From positions 7,995 through 71,994 of the forward strand of contig JAJQBG010000302.1 of the NCBI GenBank assembly GCA_021203405.1: a stretch of 64,000 nt of DNA, in the 5' to 3' direction. A model generated the notes under the pieces. That model saw nothing but the letters and a program-made list of their open reading frames with translations, did no database searches and was not told where the DNA came from. Below are positions 22,372-31,859 of this stretch, one piece after another. A program made the position numbers and the translations under genes. The number at the start of each line of letters is the position of its first letter. The first letter of the stretch is position 1. The stretch is from Bacteroides sp. (lineage in GTDB: Bacteria > Bacteroidota > Bacteroidia > Bacteroidales > Bacteroidaceae).

Positions 22372-23410
22372 CTTCTACTTTTTTTAAAGGTAAAACAACA
22401 GTAAAACAATACTCTTCTTCCACTACTTCTATATCACGCTCCATCAGCAACCTGTAACGGGCCGAAAGGTTGGAAAGGCCGATACCGTTAGACCCTTCCA
22501 CATCGTATCTCCGGTAGACAGGATTGGTTACGGTGAGTTCCTGATCGGATGCCATATAGATGCGTACACTCATTTTATGCTCACTATCGATGATGTTATG
22601 CTTAACTACATTTTCAATAAGCGGTAACAACGAGAGTACCGGAAGTTGCAACCGCTGATCGCTCTCTTCTACCTGGATGGCAAAAGAGATCTTTCCCCGG
22701 TAGCACACTTCGATCAGGTACCGGTAAGCATTCAGAAAATCCAGCTCTTCCCGTAAACTGACTAATCCCCGTTTCTCGCTTTGCAGGATATAGCGGAAAA
22801 TTCCCGAAAGTTTATCTACATATTCAAGCGTCTCCTCTCCCCTTCCGGCAGCAACCAGGGCTTTAAGTCCGTTGAGGGAATTAAAAAAGAAGTGTGGGTT
22901 TATCTGGTTACTAAGTGCATCTACCCTACTCTGCAGGGTTTCACTCCGGAGTTTTTCCATCTCCTGCTGGGTTTCCCGCTGTACAACCGTCAGGTAATAA
23001 ATATGTCCCATCAGTACAGGCAATAACCAGGCAATGAGAAATTGCAGGATGGGCATCTGGGTAAAACAATCCAGCCGGATAATGTGGGTAATAGAGAGCC
23101 CGATGCAGACGTAAATAATATAGCCGGCAAAAGTGAGAAAAAAAGATTTGGTGAACCGCTCCTTTAATTTCATACTGGTGTTCCGGATATTTAACCGCAA
23201 AAGTATCCATGTAAGTAGTACAAAGAAAAGATAACGGTAAATAAAATAGAGGACCACGGGAAGGGTGATACTCCTATAGTGGTTACTTTCCGGAGGGCTA
23301 CACAGCCTCCACACCATATCGCCGATATTGGGATAGATAATGATGGCGCTCAGAATAAACGATGCCCACAGGATAGTCTTGGCAGAAGTAAAGGATTCAA
23401 AAAACTTCAT
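22352..23410 (-). CDS. LytS/YehU-type membrane sensor histidine kinase
   Basis: N-terminal TM helices; LSNQINPHFFFNSLN, LIENVVKHN and GIGLSNL; overlaps the start of the response regulator. Confidence 0.9.
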   Translation of the reverse strand: MKFFESFTSAKTILWASFILSAIIIYPNIGDMVWRLCSPPESNHYRSITLPVVLYFIYRYLFFVLLTWILLRLNIRNTSMKLKERFTKSFFLTFAGYIIYVCIGLSITHIIRLDCFTQMPILQFLIAWLLPVLMGHIYYLTVVQRETQQEMEKLRSETLQSRVDALSNQINPHFFFNSLNGLKALVAAGRGEETLEYVDKLSGIFRYILQSEKRGLVSLREELDFLNAYRYLIEVCYRGKISFAIQVEESDQRLQLPVLSLLPLIENVVKHNIIDSEHKMSVRIYMASDQELTVTNPVYRRYDVEGSNGIGLSNLSARYRLLMERDIEVVEEEYCFTVVLPLKKVEDEGVDR

Positions 23411-23431
23411 TTATATATAATTTACGCTCTA

Positions 23432-23439
23432 CAAAGATA
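23432..23439 (-). promoter_or_regulatory. Bacteroidota -7 promoter element for the kinase/regulator operon
   Basis: TATCTTTG on the minus strand, 21 bp upstream of the ATG at 23410. Confidence 0.55.
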
Positions 23440-23491
23440 CGGCTCCCCAGGAAATAAACAGAAAAAAAGAGTGCTTTATAAAAGACCAATC

Positions 23492-23521
23492 TGCCGCTTT
23501 GATAACTATTTTTGCCTATTT
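23492..23521 (+). promoter_or_regulatory. Candidate LytTR operator (direct repeat with 21-bp period)
   Basis: TGCCGCTTT at 23492 and TGCCTATTT at 23513, upstream of the flavoprotein gene. Confidence 0.4.
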
Positions 23522-23607
23522 TACGGTATGTATGAAAAACAATTGCGCCGAAACCGGCAAATTTACAGTGAGTAAACAGAATAGTTAAGCAAAGCTACAA
23601 CAGAAGT

Positions 23608-24408
23608 ATGAATAAAGAGAAGAAAACAGCCTGTCCTCCAAAACAGGAGGCAGAGGGAGTGGACAACTCCCGGCGTTCTACGCTTAAACAACTTGGAATA
23701 GGTGCCCTGGGAACTGTGGGAGCCCTGTATGGTTTCAACCAGTCTGCCCTGGCCCGGGAAGGAGTACCGGCCCGGGAGGATGGTAAACCCTGAAGGTACT
23801 ATTAGTAAATGGAAGTCCGCGTAAAAACGGGAACACTTTTACCGCTCTCTCTGAAATAGCAGAGGTTCTCCGGAGCCAGGGCATAGAACCCATCCTAGTA
23901 CATCTTGGTACGGAAGCAGTACGGGGATGTATTCAGTGCAATGCCTGTAAAGAGTCAGGGATCTGTATCTTTCAGGATACGGCCTATAGCAGAATCAGAG
24001 AAGAACTGGAGAGCGCGGATGGTATTATCCTGGGTTCGCCGGTTTATTTTGCCGGACCCAACGGGGCACTCTGTGCCGTATTAGACAGATTGTTCTACAT
24101 GTGCGGTTCTCTGCTGGCTTATAAACCGGGGGCAGCCATCGCCGTGTGCCGCAGGAGAGGGGCCACTGCCACTTTAGACAGATTAAATAAATATATTACC
24201 TACTCTAATATGGTACTGATAGGGTCTCAATAACTGGAACATAGCCCACGGAGCAGATGCAGGAGAAATAGTGGAAGATAAGGAGGGATTACAAACGATG
24301 CGGACCCTGGCCCGCAACATGGCCTGGACAGTAAAGAATATACGATCCGGCGATCATCCTGTCCCGGAAGCGGAAAAGCGGGTCCGTACGGATTTTGTGA
24401 AGAAGTAG
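23608..24408 (+). CDS. Iron-sulfur flavoprotein (Isf / FMN_red-type) with twin-arginine leader; two 1-bp frameshifts
   Basis: Manual translation gives SRRSTLKQLGIGALG...SALA, then after a shift near 23790 LKVLLVNGSPRKNGNT, GCIQCNACKESGIC, GSPVYFAGPNGALCAVLDRLFY, then after a shift near 24231 SQYWNIAHG...EGLQTMRTLARNMAW...RTDFVKK*. Confidence 0.8.
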
Positions 24409-24511
24409 ATCCTGCAAATATCTTACTGGAAATACCGGAATACCTGCTGCCTGCCGCAACAGATATTCCGGTTAAGACACCTTTACCTGCAACATTCTTT
24501 AACATAGATAG

Positions 24512-24543
24512 TTTGCCATACTTGATTTTAATGGTTACCTTTG
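24512..24543 (+). promoter_or_regulatory. Full-consensus Bacteroidota sigma promoter (-33/-7)
   Basis: TTTG (24512-24515), N20, TACCTTTG (24536-24543). Confidence 0.6.
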
Positions 24544-24786
24544 CATAGAAACGCATGGCAAAACATACCTCAGTATGGAATATTCAAATGTACAGGAACC
24601 AAATTTGAAAGTAACACGCGCACTACTTACTCCGGATGAATATAACTTTTTATCTCCTTATTCGTCCTACCCTTTTATTCTTCCCGGCACCTATATTACG
24701 TAATTTACGGAAAAGGATAATCTCTTGATCCTGAGATTTTCATTTCTATGCAGAGAGTTACAGTAAGGTATGTAAAAAAGCTTAGT

Positions 24787-27700
24787 ATGGAACAAACAAA
24801 TACCGGTAGAATTGGTATTGATGCCGGATCCACCACCCTGAAAATAGTTGTATCAGATCCACAGGATAACATTGTATACAAAAGTTACAAACGGCACAAA
24901 GCCCGCTTTAACGAACTACTGGCCCTGGAGCTGGAAAACATCCGCAACCAGTTTCCGGGAACCCTATTCGTTGTTCATATAACCGGATCGGCCGGAATGG
25001 GAATTTCCGAGAGAACCGGTATTCCTTTTATCCAGGAAGTAGTGGCTTCGACCCGGGTCATTAATCATCTATATCCCGATATCCATACCCTGATCGATCT
25101 GGGAGGAGAAGATGCTAAGATGGTCTTCTTTGAAAAAGGGAGAGAACCTGATATACGGATGAACGGCAGCTGTGCCGGAGGTACCGGAGCATTTATCGAC
25201 CAGATGGCGGATCTACTGAATATTCCGGTGGAACACCTCAATGAAGAGGCACTCAGGCACCGCAAGATCTATCCGGTCGCTTCCCGTTGCGGTGTATTTG
25301 CTAAAACCGATGTACAGAACCTGATCTCCCGGAACGTCTCTATGCCGGATATAGCCATGTCTATCCTGCATGCGGTAGCCCTGCAATGTATCACTACACT
25401 GGCCCGGGGATATACGATAGAACCCCGTATTCTCTGCACCGGCGGCCCATTTACGTTTATCCCGGCGCTCAGGGAAGCATTTGCTCAATTATTGAAGCTG
25501 GAAGAGAAGGATATGGTCCTGCCGGACAACAGTGAATACTTCCCGGCCTGGGGAGCAGCGTTGGCCCGGGAGAATGAACAATGGGTAGATATGGAAGAGT
25601 TGCTACGTAAGTTACAGGCGGTTCCCCGGGAGAAAAGGGAGGGAATGACTCCTCTTTTTGAGAACGAAACCTCCTATAAGGAGTGGAAAAAGGCACGCAA
25701 AATTAAAAAGCTGGTTCATATCCCGATTGAGAACGGCCGGCAGTATGATTGTTTTCTGGGTATAGACTCCGGTTCTACTACCACCAAAATAGTGATCACC
25801 GATACAAAGGATCGTATTCTATATACTTATTACACGACCAACCAGGGAAATCCCCTTAAAAAGGTGATCGAAGGATTAACCTCTTTTTATAACGAGGTCT
25901 CTTCCCGGGGAGCGACTTTCCGCTTTCAGGGGTCTGCAGCTACCGGATATGGAGAAGACCTGATCCGTTCGGCGCTCAACCTGGATTATGGAATTGTAGA
26001 GACCATGGCTCATCTCTCCGGTGCCCAATATACCAATCCGGATGTTACCTTTGTATTAGACATCGGCGGGCAGGATATGAAAGCTCTTTTCATTGAAAAC
26101 GGAGCGATCACCCAGATAGAATTAAATGAAGCCTGCTCTTCGGGATGCGGGTCTTTTCTGCAAAACTTTGCATCGACCATGCAGATGAGCCTGGAAGAGT
26201 TTACCCACAATGCCTGTTTAGCTCCTTATCCCTGCGATCTGGGCTCCCGTTGTACGGTTTTTATGAACTCCAAAGTAAAACAGTCGTTACGCGAAAATGC
26301 TTCTCCGGGGGATATAGCAGGTGGGTTGGCCTATTCCGTGATAAAGAACTGCCTGTTTAAAGTATTGAAACTCTCTACCCTCAATCAAGTGGGAGACCAC
26401 ATCGTGGTACAGGGAGGAACGTTCCGTAACGATGCCGTATACCGTGCTTTAGAGATACTTTCCGGTAAACAGGTAAGCTCTACCGATTCACCCGAGCTGA
26501 TGGGTGCATTAGGAGCGGCCCTGTATGCCCGGAAGATGCGTCAGAAAGAGGCTCTCCCTACCCGGTTTACCGGCAATGAGCCTCTTCTTTCTCCCGATCA
26601 GGCAGAGAGCCGGGAATTACAGTGCAAAGGCTGCACCAACCATTGTTCCGTACTATGCTTCCGGTTTCCCAACGGTAACAAAAGCTATGCAGGCAATAAG
26701 TGCGAGAAGGTATTTTTTAATAAGAACAGGGCACCGGAGAAAGGGTATAATGCCTTTGATGAGAAAAACCGGATCCTTTTCCATCAACCTCTGTCCCACA
26801 CTTCCGGAAGTATTGTCCTGGGGATCCCCCGGGTACTGAACCTGTTCGAGAATTATCCTTTCTGGTATACCCTGCTTACTGAGTGTGGTTTCCGGGTAGT
26901 GCTTTCCCCCGAATCAACCTATACACTCTATGAAAAGGGAGTGGGTAGTGTGATGTCCGATAATATCTGTTTCCCGGCTAAATTAGCACACGGTCATATC
27001 CATGCACTGGCCGAAGAAAAGGTAGACCGTATTTTTTATCCCCTTGTTATCAAAGAAGAGAAAGAGGTAAAAGCCACTTGTAACTCTTTTAATTGTCCGG
27101 TTGTCAGCGGCTATCCGGAGGTTATACGAAGCTCTATGGAGCCGGAGGATAACTACGGGATCCCCCTGGATAAACCGGTTATCAGTTTCATGAACAGGAA
27201 GGCCCTTGCCAGAACTACTTTTAGTTATCTGTCCAAACTGGGAGTATCCCGGAAAACCTTCAAAGAGGCTCTGAGCAGGGCACTGGAAGCCCGCGAAAGA
27301 GTAAAAGAAGAGCTGGTAAACCGGCAGAAAAGACGTTTTGAAGAAGCTATCGCACAGAAGCGCTCCATCTTTGTAGTGGCAGGACGTCCTTATCATACCG
27401 ATCCGCTGATCCACCAGAAAGTGGGTCAGATCATAGCCGATATGGGAGCAGACGTCTTTACAGACGACCTGTTCCGCAAGGATTCAGGAACAGCATTCAG
27501 CTCCCTGAACCTGGTAGCGCAATGGTCTTATCCCAACCGGGTTATACAGGCAGCCATACAGGTAGCCCAATTACCACACCAGGTACAGTTCATTCAACTC
27601 AACTCATTCGGTTGCGGACCCGACTCTTTTTTTATGGACGAAACCGGAGAGATACTGCGCCAGGCCGGAAAGAACCACACCATTCTGCGAATAGATGAGA

Positions 27701-29034
27701 TAGCCAGCCCGGGCTCTGTCCGGCTGCGCATCCGCTCCCTGATCGAATCTCTGCGTAGTATACACCCGGTAGAAAAAAAGAGGAGCTCCTATAAAGGATA
27801 CGACCGCGGGTACAGGAAAGAAGACCGGGAGAAAACGATCCTGATCCCCTGGTTCTCCGATTTTATATCGCCCTTCCTTCCTGCACTGGGAGAACTGACC
27901 GGTTACAAACTTGAAAATCTTCCTCCCACTACCCCTGAATCGGCCGGAAACGGCCTCCGCTACGGACATAACGAAGTATGCTATCCCTCTACATTAATAC
28001 TGGGAGACATTATCACCGCTTTACAATCGGGTAAATACGATACCCGGAATATAGTAGTAGCCATCACCCAGACCGGAGGACAATGCCGGGCGACCAATTA
28101 TGTAGCGCAGATCAAAACAGGACTGAAGCAGGCCGGATTTTCAGACATCCCGGTACTGGTACTCTCCTTCGGGGAGGTATACCAGAATGACCAGGAAGCC
28201 TTCCGGATCAATTTCAGTAAGATCATACCGGTCACTGTTCAGGGACTACTCTACGGAGACTCCCTTCAAAAAATGTACAATCACAGTGTAGTGCGGGAGA
28301 AAAACAGGGGAGAATCCCGGAAACTATTCGACCAATATATAGAGGAAGGAATAGAAGCTATCCGTAAAAACAGCCCCTCTACCCTGCGCAGGTTATTGGA
28401 AGAGGCGGTACAGGCTTTTAATAACTTACCCATAGAGAACCGGGAATATACACCCATCGGATTGATCGGAGAGATCTACCTGAAATATAATAACTATGCC
28501 CAGGCTTATATAACCCGGTGGCTCCAATCCCGGAATATGGAGGTAGACACTCCCTCTATTGTGGATTTTATCCTTCAATATTTTGTAAACGCTCCTGTCA
28601 ACCGCAGGAACCGGACAACCTCCTCCTCTTTGCCGGAAAAAATAGTGGCTCCCCTCTTCTATCACTACATAAAACGGTACATACACCGTACGGAAGAGAT
28701 CATGAAGCAGTATCGTTTCTACCGGCCCGATATCTCTATTTTTACCAAAGCGGAATATGCTTCGGAGGTGCTGGACCTCTCTCATCAATTTGGCGAAGGG
28801 TGGATGATCGCAGCCGAAATAGCTGCTTACGCCCGTAAAGGAGTGAACCGGGTCGTGTGTATTCAGCCCTTTGGCTGTATTGCCAATCATGTAGTAGCTA
28901 AAGGGGTGGAAAAACGTCTGAAGAGACTCTATCCCGGACTGAATCTCCTGTATCTGGATATAGATGGGGGAACGGCAGAAGTCAATTTGCAGAACAGGCT
29001 CTATTTTATGATCCACGAACCTACCCGGAACTAA
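24787..29034 (+). CDS. Large acyl-CoA dehydratase activase-related protein (two BadF/BadG/BcrA/BcrD ATPase domains, DUF2229 and a dehydratase-like C-terminus)
   Basis: GIDAGSTTLK and GIDSGSTTTK; DLGGEDAK and DIGGQDMK; MNGSCAGGTG and LNEACSSGCG; CKGCTNHC; SDNICFPAK; NSFGCGPD; QPFGCIANH. Likely start is MEQTN at 24787. Confidence 0.88.
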   Translation: MEQTNTGRIGIDAGSTTLKIVVSDPQDNIVYKSYKRHKARFNELLALELENIRNQFPGTLFVVHITGSAGMGISERTGIPFIQEVVASTRVINHLYPDIHTLIDLGGEDAKMVFFEKGREPDIRMNGSCAGGTGAFIDQMADLLNIPVEHLNEEALRHRKIYPVASRCGVFAKTDVQNLISRNVSMPDIAMSILHAVALQCITTLARGYTIEPRILCTGGPFTFIPALREAFAQLLKLEEKDMVLPDNSEYFPAWGAALARENEQWVDMEELLRKLQAVPREKREGMTPLFENETSYKEWKKARKIKKLVHIPIENGRQYDCFLGIDSGSTTTKIVITDTKDRILYTYYTTNQGNPLKKVIEGLTSFYNEVSSRGATFRFQGSAATGYGEDLIRSALNLDYGIVETMAHLSGAQYTNPDVTFVLDIGGQDMKALFIENGAITQIELNEACSSGCGSFLQNFASTMQMSLEEFTHNACLAPYPCDLGSRCTVFMNSKVKQSLRENASPGDIAGGLAYSVIKNCLFKVLKLSTLNQVGDHIVVQGGTFRNDAVYRALEILSGKQVSSTDSPELMGALGAALYARKMRQKEALPTRFTGNEPLLSPDQAESRELQCKGCTNHCSVLCFRFPNGNKSYAGNKCEKVFFNKNRAPEKGYNAFDEKNRILFHQPLSHTSGSIVLGIPRVLNLFENYPFWYTLLTECGFRVVLSPESTYTLYEKGVGSVMSDNICFPAKLAHGHIHALAEEKVDRIFYPLVIKEEKEVKATCNSFNCPVVSGYPEVIRSSMEPEDNYGIPLDKPVISFMNRKALARTTFSYLSKLGVSRKTFKEALSRALEARERVKEELVNRQKRRFEEAIAQKRSIFVVAGRPYHTDPLIHQKVGQIIADMGADVFTDDLFRKDSGTAFSSLNLVAQWSYPNRVIQAAIQVAQLPHQVQFIQLNSFGCGPDSFFMDETGEILRQAGKNHTILRIDEIASPGSVRLRIRSLIESLRSIHPVEKKRSSYKGYDRGYRKEDREKTILIPWFSDFISPFLPALGELTGYKLENLPPTTPESAGNGLRYGHNEVCYPSTLILGDIITALQSGKYDTRNIVVAITQTGGQCRATNYVAQIKTGLKQAGFSDIPVLVLSFGEVYQNDQEAFRINFSKIIPVTVQGLLYGDSLQKMYNHSVVREKNRGESRKLFDQYIEEGIEAIRKNSPSTLRRLLEEAVQAFNNLPIENREYTPIGLIGEIYLKYNNYAQAYITRWLQSRNMEVDTPSIVDFILQYFVNAPVNRRNRTTSSSLPEKIVAPLFYHYIKRYIHRTEEIMKQYRFYRPDISIFTKAEYASEVLDLSHQFGEGWMIAAEIAAYARKGVNRVVCIQPFGCIANHVVAKGVEKRLKRLYPGLNLLYLDIDGGTAEVNLQNRLYFMIHEPTRN

Positions 29035-29051
29035 CTATAATTAAGGTAGAT

Positions 29052-29097
29052 TGGAAGGGTAGGAACATTTAAAATGCCCTTCCACCCTTTTTTTATT
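29052..29097 (+). terminator. Probable intrinsic terminator after the activase gene
   Basis: TGGAAGGG...CCCTTCCA stem with inner CATTT/AAATG, followed by a T-tract. Confidence 0.55.
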
Positions 29098-29181
29098 TTC
29101 CGCAAATGCACCCCAATTTTCTGCAAAAAACAGAACTTTTCCGGTTTTATTTACTATATTTGTAACCAGAGCTGACAATCT

Positions 29182-29532
29182 TTGATTCATGAACCGGAAC
29201 ATGCGAATGTTCCACAAAACCTAAGTGTTATGTTTTCCGTAAAAAATGAAGTTGAAGGATTGATCCGCTCCGTCGACCGGCTCTTTCAGATAGTGTTCAA
29301 AAGTCTCGACACTATCACCCCAGGTAATTATCGTTCCTATTACTACGACATGGACAAAGTAATTGTCCAATCTTCGCGCATGTACGACATCTATGCAGGC
29401 ATGAGTAAAAACAATGCTGTATTCCACAAGTATGTAACCCAACTCAGTGAAAATATTGATGCGTTACGCAGATTACAACTCTTTATTATGTTGACAGGAA
29501 TGGGAATCAAGAGAGAAAAAAGCGTAGGATAG
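29182..29532 (+). CDS. Hypothetical helical protein
   Basis: 116-aa ORF preceded by a TATATTTG box at 29155-29162; no recognised motif; start uncertain. Confidence 0.45.
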   Translation: MIHEPEHANVPQNLSVMFSVKNEVEGLIRSVDRLFQIVFKSLDTITPGNYRSYYYDMDKVIVQSSRMYDIYAGMSKNNAVFHKYVTQLSENIDALRRLQLFIMLTGMGIKREKSVG

Positions 29533-29801
29533 GAAAAAAAAGAGACAGCCCCACAGGCAGAAATCAGGATCGTTTTTCCGGTATTTACATATTCATACAT
29601 TCCAACCCCTCAGAATTCCTGATCCTGGTTTGGAGTGCAGGTATCCAGATAGTCTCATACACTCCCTCTTTTAGTTTCCAACGTAAAACAATATGAAGTT
29701 TCTGTTTGTTGTTTACAAAAAATCAGCTTGGAAATTTCAGAAGTATCATTTAACTTCTTGAAGTTAATGGATTTAATTATTAACTCATAAACAGAAACAG
29801 T

Positions 29802-30778
29802 ATGTTTACAAAAAAGCACCGGATTATCTCAAAGATCCGCATTTGAGTGTAGGAACCAAAGAGTATTTAAAAGTCCTGAATGCCAGTGATACTCCTGTAG
29901 AGTCACTCCCGGTACCCGACGCCCGCAATGTTCTGGTCAATGCTCAGGCTTCTGTAGCCGTCAATGTATCAGGAATTGACGAGAGTGAAAAGATCATTAA
30001 TGCCGACGGATACATGATCAAACTAAACATTGTACGTCCGGAAGGTGCACAGGGTATTCTGCCTGTATTTATGTTCTTTCACGGTGGAGGCTGGGTACTG
30101 GGTGACTATCCTACTCACAAACGTCTGGTAAGAGACCTGGTTGTTGAATCCGGTTGTTGTGCGGTATTTGTAAATTACACTCCTTCTCCGGAAGCTAAAT
30201 TCCCGCAGGCTATCAATGAAGCATATGCTGCCACTAAATGGGTGGCCCACCACGGTGAAGAGATTGGTGTGGATAGTAACCGTCTGGGCGTAGTAGGTAA
30301 CAGTGCCGGTGGTAATATGGCCTGCGTTACCAGTATGAAAGCCAAAGAGATGGGTGGTCCTAACATCCGGGTACAGATATTGATGTGGCCCGTTGTTGAC
30401 GGAGGTACCGATTTTGACTCCTGGAAGGAGTTTGGTAAAGAGCGCTTCCTGACAGACAGCCTGATGGAATGGATGTTTGAGCAGTATATCAACGATGATT
30501 CCGACAGGGATAATATCCACATGTCACCGTTGCGTGCTTCGGTAGATCAGTTAAGAGGCCTGCCTCCTACCCTGATTGAAGTAGCAGAGAATGACATCCT
30601 GCGTGACGGAGGCGAACAATTCGGCGAAAAGCTGGACGAAGCCGGTGTGGTAGTTACTACCTTACGTTACAACGGAATTACTCACGACTGGGGTCTCCTG
30701 AACGGTTTTGCAGAACTGCCTCAGACACGTACTTTGATCACAGTATCGGCAGCGATGCTCAAAAAATATCTTTGCTGA
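29802..30778 (+). CDS. Alpha/beta hydrolase, HSL (family IV) esterase
   Basis: HGGGW, GNSAGG, ENDILRD and THDW. True start is probably ATG 29802 (MFTKKAPDYLKDPHL) with a missing A in the run near 29810-29815. Confidence 0.88.
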
Positions 30779-30802
30779 TCTGTTTTTTAGCTTATATTTT
30801 CG

Positions 30803-30830
30803 GGGAGCAGGCCTTCGTCTGCTCCCTTTG
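30803..30830 (+). terminator. Intrinsic terminator-like hairpin
   Basis: GGGAGCAGGC-CTTC-GTCTGCTCCC followed by TTTG. Confidence 0.6.
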
Positions 30831-30878
30831 AAAAACGTTACATTTTCCGGACTTAATTAAAAATCTAAATTTTTATTC

Positions 30879-31667
30879 ATGAACTCGATCAACACCGGAC
30901 AGTATGAAAAATGGTTTATGCCCTCTACGTATCTGGCAAAACCCGTATCTGTTTTAGTCTATCGTCCTGTAGATTACAATCCCGACAAATCTTACCCCCT
31001 GCTCTATTTACTCCATGGCTACGGTTCAAACTTTACCGAATGGGCCCGTATGATCGACTGCTGCATGTATACCAATCTATATAAAACAATTATTATCTAC
31101 CCCGAAGGATTCGAATCTTTTTATGTGAACAGCCCGGTACGGAAAGAGTCCCAATACGAAGACTTCTTTTTTAAGGAACTGGTCCAGAAAGTACATGGAG
31201 AATTCAATGTCGACGATAAAAATGTATTTATTACAGGATTAAGCATGGGAGGCTATGGAGCGCTGCGCTACTTTATACGGCATCCGGACTATTTCAACAG
31301 TGCAGGAGCCACCAGCGGAGCCATAGACATCGAGTATTTGAGCCGGGATGAAATAAGTAGTCATTTCCAGGCAGAATACAACCTGAAAGAGGACCTGGAT
31401 ATGATATTCGGTGATACGGAGATTATCGACCGGAACCAGTATAACATTCTTACGCTTCTGAATGAAATTCCGGATTTTCATAAACCGTTTATTTTCGACT
31501 GCGGACGGGAAGACCTGATCTACCCCACCAGTATTGAATTATATAAATACGCTAAAAACCGGAACCTGCCCTTTACTTTTATATCTCAACCGGGTGGCCA
31601 TAACACAGCGTACTGGAAGCGGTCGATCGATTATCATTTTATCTATTTCAAACAACAACGCCTGTAA
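30879..31667 (+). CDS. Putative esterase (CE1 / S-formylglutathione hydrolase-like)
   Basis: YPLLYLLHGYG, ITGLSMGGYGA, DCGRED and PGGHNTAYW. Confidence 0.85.
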   Translation: MNSINTGQYEKWFMPSTYLAKPVSVLVYRPVDYNPDKSYPLLYLLHGYGSNFTEWARMIDCCMYTNLYKTIIIYPEGFESFYVNSPVRKESQYEDFFFKELVQKVHGEFNVDDKNVFITGLSMGGYGALRYFIRHPDYFNSAGATSGAIDIEYLSRDEISSHFQAEYNLKEDLDMIFGDTEIIDRNQYNILTLLNEIPDFHKPFIFDCGREDLIYPTSIELYKYAKNRNLPFTFISQPGGHNTAYWKRSIDYHFIYFKQQRL

Positions 31668-31734
31668 GAACCCGTTTAAAACTTCCGATCTTCATTTTAG
31701 TTTGTTGCATTTCCATGTTCCTGTTTTCCTTCCC

Positions 31735-31766
31735 ATATACGAGACGTAACTGTACGTCTCGTATAT
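31735..31766. repeat. Perfect 14-bp inverted repeat
   Basis: ATATACGAGACGTA-ACTG-TACGTCTCGTATAT. Confidence 0.8.
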
Positions 31767-31859
31767 TTGTATTTGCCCCGGTGAACGCTGCATATTTTTC
31801 ATCAAACCCCATTATACACCTCTATAACTAAGAGATTATTGCTATATTTACAGCGATAA

